DNA from: Octopus bimaculoides
Taxonomy: Eukaryota
Assembly (NCBI RefSeq): GCF_001194135.2
Contig: NC_068983.1
Location: forward strand, 82,671,506 to 82,714,745
Direction: 5' to 3'
DNA: 43,240 nt
Under the pieces are notes generated by a model, which was not told the DNA's origin, did no database searches, and saw only the letters and a list, made by a program, of their open reading frames with translations. The position numbers were made by a program, and so were the translations under genes. Positions 1 to 12,540 of the stretch are shown piece after piece. The first letter of the stretch is position 1, and the number at the start of each line of letters is the position of its first letter.

Positions 1-900
1 ATACGGCAGCTTTCGTCCTAATTTTGGGACTGCCATGTTGGCTTGGCGATAACTATTAATTTCCAGTACCGCTGCCGTAGTCTCCTTTAGAGAGACTTAG
101 AAATATTAATAACTCTCTCTATATATATATATATATATATAATAAATAGTAAATAATATAATATAATATATATACATACATGCATATATGGGCACAGAAC
201 ATCACCAACATTGCAAATAACATGAAATACATAAGCAACGAGAAAAAAAGGAAAACAGGACAAGTAAACACATAGAAAGGACCCTTCATCAGTTGTCGGC
301 TGTCTATCTATTTCTCATTTCGAGCATTCAACGACAATATGAGTCTTCAAAGACAGTAGCTCCTGTAATGTCCGACACTATGACAATGACACACTTCTTG
401 TTTGCCGTTGCGGCATTCGTGTATACCAGTTCGCGTGTGATGCGCCTAATCAGCTCTAGCTTCTGAACAATGGCTCAAGAATCAAAACTTACCAGAGTGA
501 TATAAGTGAACATGCTCTTGACAATCTGAACGTGTGAATGGAAACGGCTGAGAGAGATAGCCATTTATTCTACTGCAATGTTCTTATTCAGAGATACACG
601 CCACAGATAGTTGATGATTACCCCAACCGGTTCCTGTTTAATAGCTTCACAAATCCGTTCCACAAGATCTTCATGACTGAAACGGTGACGAAGTCAGCAT
701 CGAGTAACTGGTTATTGGTCTTTGAGTGCTTATGTGGTTGATTGCATAAATCTCTGCATTGGTTTAGCAGACTGGCAGAAATTGTGGACACTCTGCATTA
801 CCCATATCCGCTTAACTAAAATATATTTCATCTAAAACATATCCAGTTCCATCTGAATAATCCACGGTATTTTCAGGAAATTTTACTGGTGCCTGTTAAA
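1..900 (-). mobile_element. Heavily decayed 3' part of a Neptune-like Penelope-type retroelement (GIY-YIG remnant + pseudo-LTR with CTGATGA)
   Basis: Minus-strand fragments read RICEAIKQ, SLSRFHSHVQI, QEHVHL..SGKF and RRITRE, in the order expected for the PLE linker and GIY-YIG C-terminus (compare 19390-19780). They are followed by CTGATGA (292-286). Bases 181-205 match 31164-31188 at 21/25. Homology is weak and frameshifted. Confidence 0.4.
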
Positions 901-1029
901 TATTCGGTAACTTCCGAGAAAGTTTGTGAGGCTTTTTACATGAGTTCGTCTATTAATGATGGCATGCATAGAAGAAGCTATTCCAGTCAGGCATTATACT
1001 ATTCACCATTCTACTGCAACTTTAAGTGA

Positions 1030-1087
1030 AATATATTAAGTTGATCCCGATCTACCGAATATATTAAGTTGATCCCGATCTACCGAA
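1030..1087. repeat. Perfect tandem duplication, 28-bp unit (ATATATTAAGTTGATCCCGATCTACCGA x2)
   Basis: Seen directly. Confidence 0.95.
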
Positions 1088-2994
1088 GAAAATACACTAT
1101 TAATGGACATTGACATAAAGAACATGTCATTAGTTGAAAATACATCTTGCAGAATTTAAAGCGTCATTAATAATTTTTCTTTAATCCGTTTATATATACT
1201 ATAGGCCAAAAGGGACATTACAAGAAATCTCGATTCCAATATTATGTAATCGTATTTATATACGCAAAGTAAATGGTCCAAACTCACGCACACACGCATA
1301 ACAGTAATTAAAATGGACAGTCGTGTATATATCTATATATATTATATGAGTAGATATATTATAAAATATTTTATAACATAAAATTATATATACATTCGTC
1401 TATGTTTTTGCTATTAATAATAATCTTATTGTTATCATTCATTTTCTGATTTTAATTATTTAATTCACTTCATTATCTAAACTAATTCACTTCATTTAAT
1501 TTAATTTAAGACCTTGGGAATGGTATGGCTGTCATCACACTGACAAAAGTGTTTCCTATTTTAAATTTATTTATGATCTTGTCGTACTAAGTTACGGAAC
1601 CAACTCTATTTTTTTTTTCAATTTATGGGTGAATTAAACAATCATTTAATAATATAAGCAAACAAGTCATGGCGGTGGTGATGAGGTGAAGGGGTAAAGT
1701 GTATAAATAAATAAATATCTATGATTAAAGAAAACAAAAACACTTTTAAATGCCTTAGTTTGAATCTTAAGAAATGTTCTATCTTTAAGTGGTTTGAGCA
1801 ACCTGAAGGAATACAGGAAATTGAGTCCGTTTAAATAGAACCATAAATAGATCAATTAGTACATCTGAGAAGTAAAAATATAAAATTAAATTCTAACAAG
1901 GTCTACGATTAGGTATTCACTTAGAGATCTTAAGAAATTTTATACACCTTCCTTCTAATTTACTGGTATACATTCTCTGAACCGTACAAAGGTTTCTGAG
2001 GGAAATGGTAGTGTACAAGTTAATCACATCTCTTTAACAGTATTCTTGTTTCGGAAACAAATTTACGTGACCTACTATGCCCCAGACGGTAATGATTATA
2101 TTTTATAATAAAATATCGATTATAAAATATATCGTCACCATATTTTTGTAAGAAAACCTCACTTTACTCAGATGCTTATAATTTTTAAGGTTTTCTATAC
2201 TTCCAAACATAAGTGTTTAGAAAAAAATATTATTTAACTTGCAAACTTTAGTCCTGTTACAGATGTCAACTACTCTACAGTAGGGAACAAAATTTTCGAA
2301 ACCAGAGAGAAAGAATACATTTATAGACAACTACTTCGAAACTTACTGCTTCTCTATCAAAATTATAAATTTATTCTTGTATTCATAATCATCATTTCAG
2401 ATGCCTGTGTTCCAAAATGATGAGATTATAATACGGCAACGCTAGGGGTTTAGAAAGTAATTGTTGATCACAGAAGGGTGTTAATGGACCAGTGGAAAGA
2501 GCAAAATTTTACAAAATTTTACTGCCGTTGTTAAGTAAGTTCCAGTTTTGATTTGTAGTTAGAGCTAAATTGGGTGTAAATAACATGTTGCCTACACGTG
2601 AAAACATGACATGAAAGCTTCTTGGTCGGAGTTATCTAACTTACATATCTACGCTGATCTATTGCACAGGGCCTGTTCCGACTGGATGTGAAATCTAAGC
2701 GCAGATGGTATCAAGCAGATATGTTAAATATCAAAATAATAATCCCCTTTTAAATCCTTACCTGATAGTATTTCTAAAAGATTCACTGCTTCGTTTTCTG
2801 TTAATTTTGGAGATAATAAAAAAACTAGATTTTTAAAAATAACTTTAAACATAATAGATTGGGTTTATGTCTGAAACACAAGAAGCTTCTTGCACAAAAT
2901 GATGATCAACAGTTTAAATGTAAAAATTAATAGTTTAAAAATTGGCAGTTTTATGAGTAAAGTTTTATATCAGAATTTGGCAACTAGAAAGTAA

Positions 2995-3158
2995 GTGGGT
3001 TGTGCCAGCGTGTTGCTTATTACACAGGTGCTGAGGAGACTAGATTAAAGGAAATCGAAGTATCTTAATGAAGGGTACTACGCACCAATCATAAGCTCCA
3101 AGAATTGAACCCACGCTCATATGATCATAAAACAAACACCCTAGCCAATAGGCCATGC
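2995..3158 (-). mobile_element. Old tRNA-derived CORE-type SINE
   Basis: Minus strand has box A-like TGGCCTATTGG and box B-like GGTTCAATTC, then a decayed CORE-like stretch (GTACCCTTCATTAAGATACTT). Confidence 0.5.
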
Positions 3159-3724
3159 AAATTAAATTTTGTATCACATTAATTCAAATAAGTATATGCG
3201 TTATAATTAGTTGAGTTTTGTGAACATATTAATGCAGTAAGCATCAATAATGTAATTCAAAATAATTGAGAAAAAGATAACATTAGCTCAGTGAGTAATA
3301 TTATTTTTTAAATTTTCAACATTTTAATCCATACTTTGTTGAGGAGTGCGATATGATCGAAGCATCTCTATAGTTATCTCCCGTATTTAGTAACACGATT
3401 AAAATATTACACAATAAGCTAATGCATAATATATAATTAGAAATATTTATGCATTAATCCTTAATGCATAATTATTTCTAATTATATGTTAACACTAACT
3501 TAACTGTTGTTTTTCATGCAGATCTCGCATCCGAGAAACTAAGCTGACAATTGATTTGTTTTCTTTTTCTTTAATAAGTACTTTGAAAGAAAGTTGAAAT
3601 CATTACAACAATCTTAACGCTTCTTAAAGTTATTCTTTTCTTTTATATTTAGGACCTTATACTTCGATTTATGTCAGCATAGGTTGAAGGGTTCAGGAAA
3701 TAGAACTGGGCCTACAACGACGAG

Positions 3725-3810
3725 TGATTTTGTTATTGCTGTTTATTAGTCCCAGTTCAAGCAACCTTAGCATCAAAGACATGCCAGTTGTTACCATCTG
3801 TTTGTTTATA
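3725..3810 (-). repeat. Fragment of old dispersed repeat family X (SINE-like tail)
   Basis: Loose similarity to 30095-30230, 33290-33450, 42075-42165 and the reverse complement of 27700-27850 (TTGCTGTTTA...CAAAG..AT.CCAG...GACCATC motif). Family assignment is partly from recall of octopus repeats. Confidence 0.3.
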
Positions 3811-5669
3811 TAGGCATCACTACATTGTTCAATGTACGACAGAGAAAGAGATGTAGATGCTTTTTGCTATCAGATGAAGGTACTATGTACAGGTTCACTT
3901 GTCTGGTCTTAATGGTTCTGAACGGCCTGTGAAAGAATTCAGAGATAATAGAAGCCTCCCTCTTTGTTTTTGACTCATAATCTTTTGGTTACGATTGCTG
4001 AGATAAGTACATATAATATATTTCTGATTATATATATTTTCGCGATTAAATAGCCATGTGTGTGTGTGTGTGTGTGTGTGTGTTTGTTAATATGCATACA
4101 TATAAATACATATATATGTATGTGTGTGTGCTTGTGTAAGTATATACATTTTAATTTTGAACGCACAATCCTTCTATTGAAACTTCAGCATCTTCACCAT
4201 TTAGCTGTTAGATCTTCACTCACGAGGGAATAGTTAAAAGGAAATTAAAGAAGAAAATAAAAAGGAGAAAACAGAAAAAAAACACAAAATAGCGGGTATA
4301 TACATATACATGCATGCATATANNNNNNNNNNNNNNNNNNNNNNNNNNNNNNNNNNNNNNNNNNNNNNNNNNNNNNNNNNNNNNNNNNNNNNNNNNNNNN
4401 NNNNNNNNNNNNNNNNNNNNNNNATATATATATGTATATATATATTAAATTAATAGATGTTCCAACTTTAACAGATGAATAAAGAAGATATGATAAATAA
4501 AAACAGAAATAAAGAATGAAAATTCCAAAAAGATGTTGAGAAAACAAAAGTACACGCGCTAAAACTCTATTTTAGTGATTCTTATCAAATGTTGGTGAAA
4601 CCTCCAAGAAAAATGGTCACCTCAAAGTGAATTTTAAGATAGATGTCTTCAGGGTACATTGATGACTAGAGTGATGCAACTATGAATTCCTGCCAGGCAG
4701 CAATTAGCGGAATAATCAGAAACTATAATCAATGATATTTCGAATAGAATTTCGCACACGCACGCGCGCGCGCAAGCAGGCACGCACGCATATATATATA
4801 TATATACACACGCATACACACATATATATGTATATATTACGCATGTTTGTATATGGGTGTCTATTATATTTTCATTTTTAAAAATGTTTTTCTTCATTTT
4901 GTCGCCTTTTATTTTCTTTGTCTTCGCTGAGTCATTTTTTTTCTCAGCATTCTTACAAGATTGTTTAAATCGAGAATAGATATATTCTTAGAATATCATA
5001 GATGAAATGCCTTCAGCGTTGAAACAACGATGCATGCTGTTTGATAGAGAATTAAATGTTATAGTAAAAGTTAAGCAAAGGCAAAATGTTGAATGTATTA
5101 CGTACTGACTGGCAACTTAATGATCATAAGTTCATATCTGTTTCAGGCAGTTTGTTGCGTCTTTTTCCAGCAGGACATACAAATCTTACATTATCTTAGA
5201 TCTAGACAGATGGTGTCAGCTTTCTCTGAAGAAATATACCTACAGTAAAGTGTCATTGTAACCCTGGTAAGATCTATCTCTCATTAAGTTTATGCTATAG
5301 AATTCAGCATCTTTGTTTTTTGTAAAAAGGATTAACTTCAAGCGATTCATTAAGATGAAAATAATGATTTCTTTCTTAGCCACATTGGTCAGCCATGAGA
5401 TAAAGCCCTACTAAAGAACGTCTGTTGTAAAAGTTAAGCAGTCTAAAACCTTATTAAAAAATATCTGTTGTAATAGTTAAACACGATCTATTACGTAACA
5501 AAGGTCTTTGTCGTCCCATGCTTTATGACTTGATGTTAGATGCAGTATAAGATTTCTGTGTACGCTGTAGCAGGATGTACAAAACGTGGGTGAATTTGTT
5601 TTGGAAACGACATAACTATCGATAAAAATTCTTTCCAATCTGAGAAAAAAAGCCTTAATTTTTTATGGT

Positions 5670-5802
5670 GGAGGGATAAAGAATGAAAAGTAAAGTCAAC
5701 TTCAGTGGTGTTTGAATTCAGAACGTATTACCAAGAGAAACGACGCTATGTCTCTTTGTTTTTTAGTCTGGTGCAGTAAGGATTCTGCTAGCCTGCCGCC
5801 TT
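5670..5802 (-). mobile_element. SINE family A (tRNA head + conserved central domain), decayed partial copy
   Basis: Reverse complement aligns to 16498-16620 (AAGGCGGCAGGCTAGCAGAATC ... TTCTGAATTCAAA ... GTTGACTTTACTTTTCATTC). Confidence 0.75.
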
Positions 5803-5994
5803 GATAACGATCATTAATAACGCAACACACGTGATGTTACCCGTCATCCCTTCAGAACAATTGTGCCATAAAAACGAATAAACAAAATGCTACTTTTAGT
5901 TAAAAATTCAATAGTAAATAAATGGATCACAATCGTTTTTGATGATGAGGTTTCAAGGAAGAATGATTACTCATTGCATTATAGTTTATTTACG

Positions 5995-6090
5995 TGGTTG
6001 AGTATTCCGTAAAGACTTGTACACTTAAAGTATCCCAGACAAAATCAACGTGACACAGTGTGCGACAAGACTGACTCTTTGATTGAGTTA
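5995..6090 (-). repeat. Probable 3' fragment of a CORE-type SINE
   Basis: GTTGAGTATTCCGTAAAGAC resembles GTTGGGTATTCCATAGGCAAC at about 42500, in the tail of the SINE at 42495-42717. The rest is from recall. Confidence 0.3.
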
Positions 6091-6389
6091 TTTACCTTCC
6101 TAAGCTTTATTGAAGTACTGTGTCACCGTATATTTTTTATAATGCATCCCAGTTGGGAATAGAATTATAATAGAAGACTAAAACTATAATTTGTGCCAAG
6201 GAAAGATCCATTGTAGAATGATAGAATCAAAACAGAATTTCTATAGTAACTATTGTCAGGGAAGCAAAGAGGAATTTTGTCTCTGACAAATAGTTAGTGG
6301 AGTGGAAGATAATGTTTTCTAACTTAAGCTGACATCACTTGTGATTTGATAGCAGTAATACTAGAAAGGAAATAATAGACATAAATGTG

Positions 6390-7722
<1,333 letters not shown>

Positions 7723-8571
7723 NNNNNNNNNNNNNNNNNNNNNNNNNNNNNNNNNNNNNNNNNNNNNNNNNNNNNNNNNNNNNNNNNNNNNNNNNNNGTG
7801 AACACATAGATATGCACACGTACACACGCACGAACATACATACACTCATGCCAAGTCATATGCAGCAATACATAAATACGGATATACAACAGAAAATACA
7901 TAGATACCAATAAAGAGAATTTATCTGTAAATCTAGAACTATCCATACGAATCATTTGTACCCGCATCACTTATGACCTTTACTCCAAACATTGCTTCGG
8001 CTTTCTTCAAAGGACTAAAATGATCACCGCTTTCTTGTTGCATGTGTTATTTTTACGAAATACTTACAATGGAAACTTCTGTTTTTTTAAAATTTATCAT
8101 CCATGTTGTTCAGTGAGATCTAATTCAATATGATGTTGGAAATTTCATTGTCTGTCTATTCTGTGCGTTAGATTCTTACTGTTCCTTTGTCTACCTGTCT
8201 AATCTACGAATCTGTTACTATTAACATGTATGTATATAAATAACCATGTAACTTATTTTGTGTCCGTGATGTTATATATGTATATGAATATGTATATATA
8301 CATACATGCATATATATGTGTGTGTGTTTGTGTGTGTGCGTGTGTAGGTATATATATATATATATATATGCATATGTGTGTGTATGTATATAATATTTGT
8401 ATGTATATAAGTTTGTATGTATGTATGTCATTCTAGTCTCTATAGCATACGTAACGTAAATAGAGTGTTGAAAGCCTAGAAACTGTAGCATTCATCTCAT
8501 GAAAGCATCTCGTGTGGGCGAATAAAGTAGAAAAGTACATAAATATATGAGGAGCAGACGAAAAGTATCTA

Positions 8572-8826
8572 ACAGCGGTAGCAGAATTACTAAATACGTT
8601 GAGTATAATACTGCTTCCGTCTCTAATAATTAACTTTTATAGAACCTAGAGGCTAATTACAAAACCTATGTCTTGTCAATTATATTTTCTCTACAGAGAA
8701 AATTAGTAGTGGCTTATGTTATTTTTTCGTTTTTAAATGTGATTGCTACTAAATACATGCAGCCGATTGCGACTGATGACGCTGAAAGAAGTAGAAATAC
8801 ATATTTAGCAAATCCACTACCGCTGT
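8572..8826. mobile_element. 255-bp MITE with about 30-bp imperfect TIRs and TA target duplication (Tc1/mariner-type signature)
   Basis: Left TA(8570-71)+ACAGCGGTAGCAGAATTACTAAATACG. Right end reverse-complements to ACAGCGGTAGTGGATTTGCTAAATATG and is followed by TA (8827-28). The terminal 10 bp are perfectly inverted. Confidence 0.65.
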
Positions 8827-9070
8827 TACACATTTTTTGCCTGGTACTGATATATTTTTGTGCTTTTCTTTTGTCATTAAACGTGTATATTGCCTGTAAA
8901 AAATAGGAAAATATTTATACGAAAACATATTTTAGTATTATTACTTTCATATATTTAAATGCATGGAAAATATTTAACCCTTATGATAAAAAATAAAACT
9001 AGATTACTCAAACAAACATTTTGTATGTATGCATGCATATATGTATGCATGCATGTATGTATGCATGTCT

Positions 9071-9672
9071 CTTCTATTTTTAATTATTATAAATCTTCCG
9101 CTGAGTAGGGAGCCGGTCTCCAACAAAGATAGAAGGCTTCATCTTTGGGTTGTAGATTACACAGACAAATTCACAATTGTAACCTGAGAAAAGTCTTCTA
9201 TATTTTTATTGCTCCACTTGTAATGTACGAATCAGCCGGTCGATTTCTCTTTCTGAAAATCCCAGTTTATCCAGATTCTTCTGTAAGTATTAATTAACAA
9301 AACCTAGTCCTCCAATTATTATTGGTATGAATATGAATTCATAGTCTGGAAATAGAAGTTGTAGGTTTCGAAGCAGCTGTCCATAGATATCTTCTTTTTC
9401 TTTGATTTTCAAAAAGATATTTACATCTGCAGGGCACCTGACATCTATCATGGTACATACCTTTGCCCTTCTGTCCCAGACAGCAATATCCGGCCTGCTA
9501 TGTTTACATTTGACTGAAATTTGATGGGAATATTCCACCAGTATTCCTTGAGTTGGTGCTTATGAATGTATTCCATAACAGAGGGAGTTTCTAAGTTTAT
9601 TTCAGGACAATCTTCTTTGCGGATGACATTGTAAATTGTTTTAGCAACAACATCGTGCTGCATAGGGAAGTC
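9071..9672 (-). mobile_element. 5'-truncated non-LTR retrotransposon with restriction-like endonuclease (R4/Dong-like) C-terminus and 3' UTR
   Basis: Minus strand reads QHDVVAKTIY..EYWWNIPIK, then frameshifts to KHSRPDIAVWD..CTMIDVRCPADVNI..KEKEDIY..IPIIIGGLG. This is the RHD/PD..D/E..K RLE signature (PD at 9493-9488). Clade assignment is inference. Confidence 0.8.
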
Positions 9673-9754
9673 GTATGTATGTATGTATGTATGTATGTAT
9701 GTATGTATGTATGTATGTATGTATGCATGTATGTATGTATGTGTGTATGTATGC
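9673..9754. repeat. (GTAT)n tetranucleotide microsatellite
   Basis: Seen directly. A related degenerate tract lies at 9022-9068. Confidence 0.95.
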
Positions 9755-10870
9755 AAAGATTGATCATATAAATGAACTGAAGCGAGAGAATAAATCTTTA
9801 TTCCATATGTTGACAGCTGTGTCATAGTCTGTGTTAGTTACATAAGAACACTACAATTTACGCCACATCCCCATCCATATATAGATATTGATAAGCACGT
9901 GTGAGTATGTGTGTATCTTTTTATGTATGTAGGTGCGTAAGCATGAATATGTACATGCATTTGTAATAGAATTGTAAATTTGGAGTTATTCACAAGATAA
10001 CTGCTTCTCAACAAACCCAGATTACAGTGAAATGTTATGCTCACTAAAGTGATGTACTTTTTTCATGGATGGTGTTTAGACCTAAGTAGCCTCGACACCG
10101 CAAATCTATGATTAAAGCCTTTTATCAATAGCTATCTTGTCCATCTCGTCCATCTCTAATTTAATGTAATACGTTTCTAAATGTAATGTATCTTTGCTTT
10201 GTCAAGATGTTGAACCAGTTTTGTGGAACTGAATTAAGTGTAAAAGACATTGTTAACGAAAATATGAAACAAATGCACATAATGAAAGTATTGGTATTTA
10301 TTGTGAACGCGTAATTATAGACATATAGATTGATAAATGAAACACCTTGCCTATCATTGGCGCTCACCGGTGTAAATCTCGTACCCGTGGTTCGATGAAT
10401 TGTCAGCATACTTAAGTGTACTATTACCTTGGCACCGGTATTGCTAGTCCGGCTAAAGTACCCTTTTAAATGTTACATATATATATTAAACGGTTTACAT
10501 AGTATATTTATTCAATGAATTACGTATTCCTATGTAATTAACAACATATGCATCTATGTAAAATATTACAGCTCCCACAAGGCCGTACTTAAATACCCCG
10601 AAGGTTGCAAGCTCCCTAACCCTGTGTTTGGGTGTAATTTGATAAAAATTTACCTGCTTTTTCTAAGAAGTTGAAAGACTACATAAATATTTATTCGTTC
10701 ACTCATTCGAAGTTTTTCGAAAAATATGGAATTACAATATGGTGGTAAATTATTATCTGGTCGCAAATACAGGTCGGTCATCATTATTTTATCTTGAATT
10801 AGTTTACATAAAAAAGGTCAACCAGGAGAGATGTCTACAGATATATTCAACAAATGCAAAGTACATTATT

Positions 10871-11020
10871 TACATTATTTACATTTGACTGATGTCCTCA
10901 TCTTGTTTGTTGTTAACACAACGTTTCGGTTGATATACCCTCCAGCCTTTATTAGATGTCTTGGGGAAATTTAGAACCTGGGTTCTCCTTCCTAAGGTAT
11001 TTTTCGATATTATTATTATT
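10871..11020 (-). repeat. Inverted partial pseudo-LTR of PLE-A, hammerhead core mutated (CTAATAA)
   Basis: Reverse complement AATAATAATAATATCGAAAAATACCTTAGGAAGGAGAACCCAGG...GACATCTAATAAAGGCTGGAGGGTATATCAACCGAAACGTTGTGTT...AAATAATGTA matches about 12447-12562 and 17171-17309. Confidence 0.92.
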
Positions 11021-12331
11021 CCTTGTGGTTATCATCAGTCTAATAGCAGAAAAGTCAACATCGTACGTGAAGAATTCCACCCACTTCACAGAATTGATCA
11101 AGGATACCCTCATTGAATCCAACCAGATGGTGAGTCTAGATGTGATAAGTCTGTTCACCAAAGTCCCAACTGGTGAAGCACTATCGGTGATTCAAGAAAA
11201 ACTAGTGACGGACACCCATCTAAAAGAATGCGCTAGTATACCAATAAGAAATATGATGGAAATATTGACCTTCCGTGTAGAAACTACCTACGTCAGTTTA
11301 GACACTGATATATATATCGACAGGTTCAGCTATGGGTTCGCCATTATCACCGATAATAACCAATATATGCATAGAATACTTTGAGAATTTGACTTTAGAA
11401 CCAGCACCACTAAAACCAACCCTATGGCTGCGATATGTTGATGACACCTTCATACTCTGGCCCCACCAGGAAGATGTCAAAGTACTGCTGGATCATGTGA
11501 ACTCAATAAAGCCATCCATACAGTTCACAATGGCAAAAGAAAAAGACAATCAACTAGCATTACTGGACGTATTAATAACACGCACCAAGTATGGATTCAG
11601 GACGTCCGTATACCGCAAGCCGACCTTCACTGGACGATACCTCAACTTCAATTCCCACCATCCATACAGTGTAAAGAGGGGGATTGTTCAGTGCCTAAAA
11701 CATTGAGCAAAGAATATAAGTAGCGATCGTGATACGCACTACGAAGAAATGATCAAGCTCAATAACGATCTGTTAAGCAACAACTACCACCAAAACATAC
11801 TAGCCACTCCAATTATTAAGAAAAGAGAGGATAAAAACCAATAAACTTTCCACAGTCTGTCTACCCCATGTGAAAGGCCTCTCCGAAAAGATACAAAAGA
11901 TATGCGTCCCATATGACATCAGGACAGTATTCAGGAGTAATACAATATCTACAAATATATCCGAGTAAAACCACCAATAAAAGAGAATATGACCAAAGAC
12001 TGTGTGTACTCCATCCCCTGCAGCTGTGGTAGGTTATACAAAGGCGAAAAATGCTTCCCCCTCAAAATAAGGGTAGACGAACATCGCAAAGCTGTGACAC
12101 GTGGAGATCTTGATAAATTGGGTATAGCTGATCATGTATGAAAAAATGGAGACCACTTACCCCTGTGGAAGGAAGTTTAAAATCATAGAAAGAGAACACC
12201 AATGGAAAATACGAAAACTAAAAGAAGCAGCACATATGCTAGGACACAACAACTTAAGCAGACCGTGTGCAGATATGAGTAGCATATGGGAACCGGTATT
12301 AAGGAAGGATAGGAAAACATTAGACATATAA
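11021..12331 (+). pseudogene. PLE reverse transcriptase + GIY-YIG endonuclease, disrupted by stops and frameshifts
   Basis: SYVKNSTHF, MVSLDVISLFTKVP, MGSPLSP, LRYVDD (YVDD 11434-11445), VYRKPTFTGRYLNFNSHHP, and the GIY-YIG motif CVYSIPCSCGRLYKGE (12001-12048). No Cys-rich linker, so Poseidon-type rather than Neptune-type. Confidence 0.93.
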
Positions 12332-12360
12332 GCCCTAAAATTCATTCCATAATTGCCCAC

Positions 12361-12433
12361 GGGCATTTGGCATAGTGGTTAAGAGCGCGGGCTACTAACG
12401 TCAAAATTCCGAGTTCGATTCCAGGCAGTGACC
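12361..12433 (+). promoter_or_regulatory. tRNA-like 73-nt module with Pol III box A/box B inside the PLE 3' UTR
   Basis: Box A TGGCATAGTGG 12368-12378; box B GTTCGATTCC 12413-12422; acceptor-like stem GGGCATT/AGTGACC (6 of 7 pairs including one G-U); anticodon-like loop CT-ACT-AA 12392-12398. The T and anticodon stems are imperfect. Confidence 0.8.
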
Positions 12434-12496
12434 TGAATAATAATAATAATAATAATGACATCAAAAAATATCTTAGGAATGAGGTTCGAAATTTCC

Positions 12497-12540
12497 CAAA
12501 ACCTGATGAATGCCAGAGTGTATATCAATCGAAAAAAATA
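12497..12540 (+). ncRNA. Degenerate hammerhead ribozyme motif (CTGATGA kept; GAAAC/cleavage site lost by deletion)
   Basis: CTGATGA at 12503-12509; positionally homologous to 17225-17270. Confidence 0.6.

Noticed and set aside
8773-8790. CTGATGA-CGCT-GAAA as a hammerhead (also CTGATGA at 21394)
   Set aside because: No stem II, no stem I/III partners and no NUH site could be built.
10956-11020. Hydrophobic N-terminus MSWGNLEPGFSFLRYFSILLL.. looking like a signal peptide on an RT
   Set aside because: It is the antisense reading of the inverted pLTR and AAT tract, in frame with the RT by chance.
12361-12433. Functional tRNA-Ser(ACT) gene
   Set aside because: T and anticodon stems are mispaired, there is no long variable arm, the two copies differ, and both are embedded in a retroelement. 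It is tRNA-derived, not a tRNA gene.
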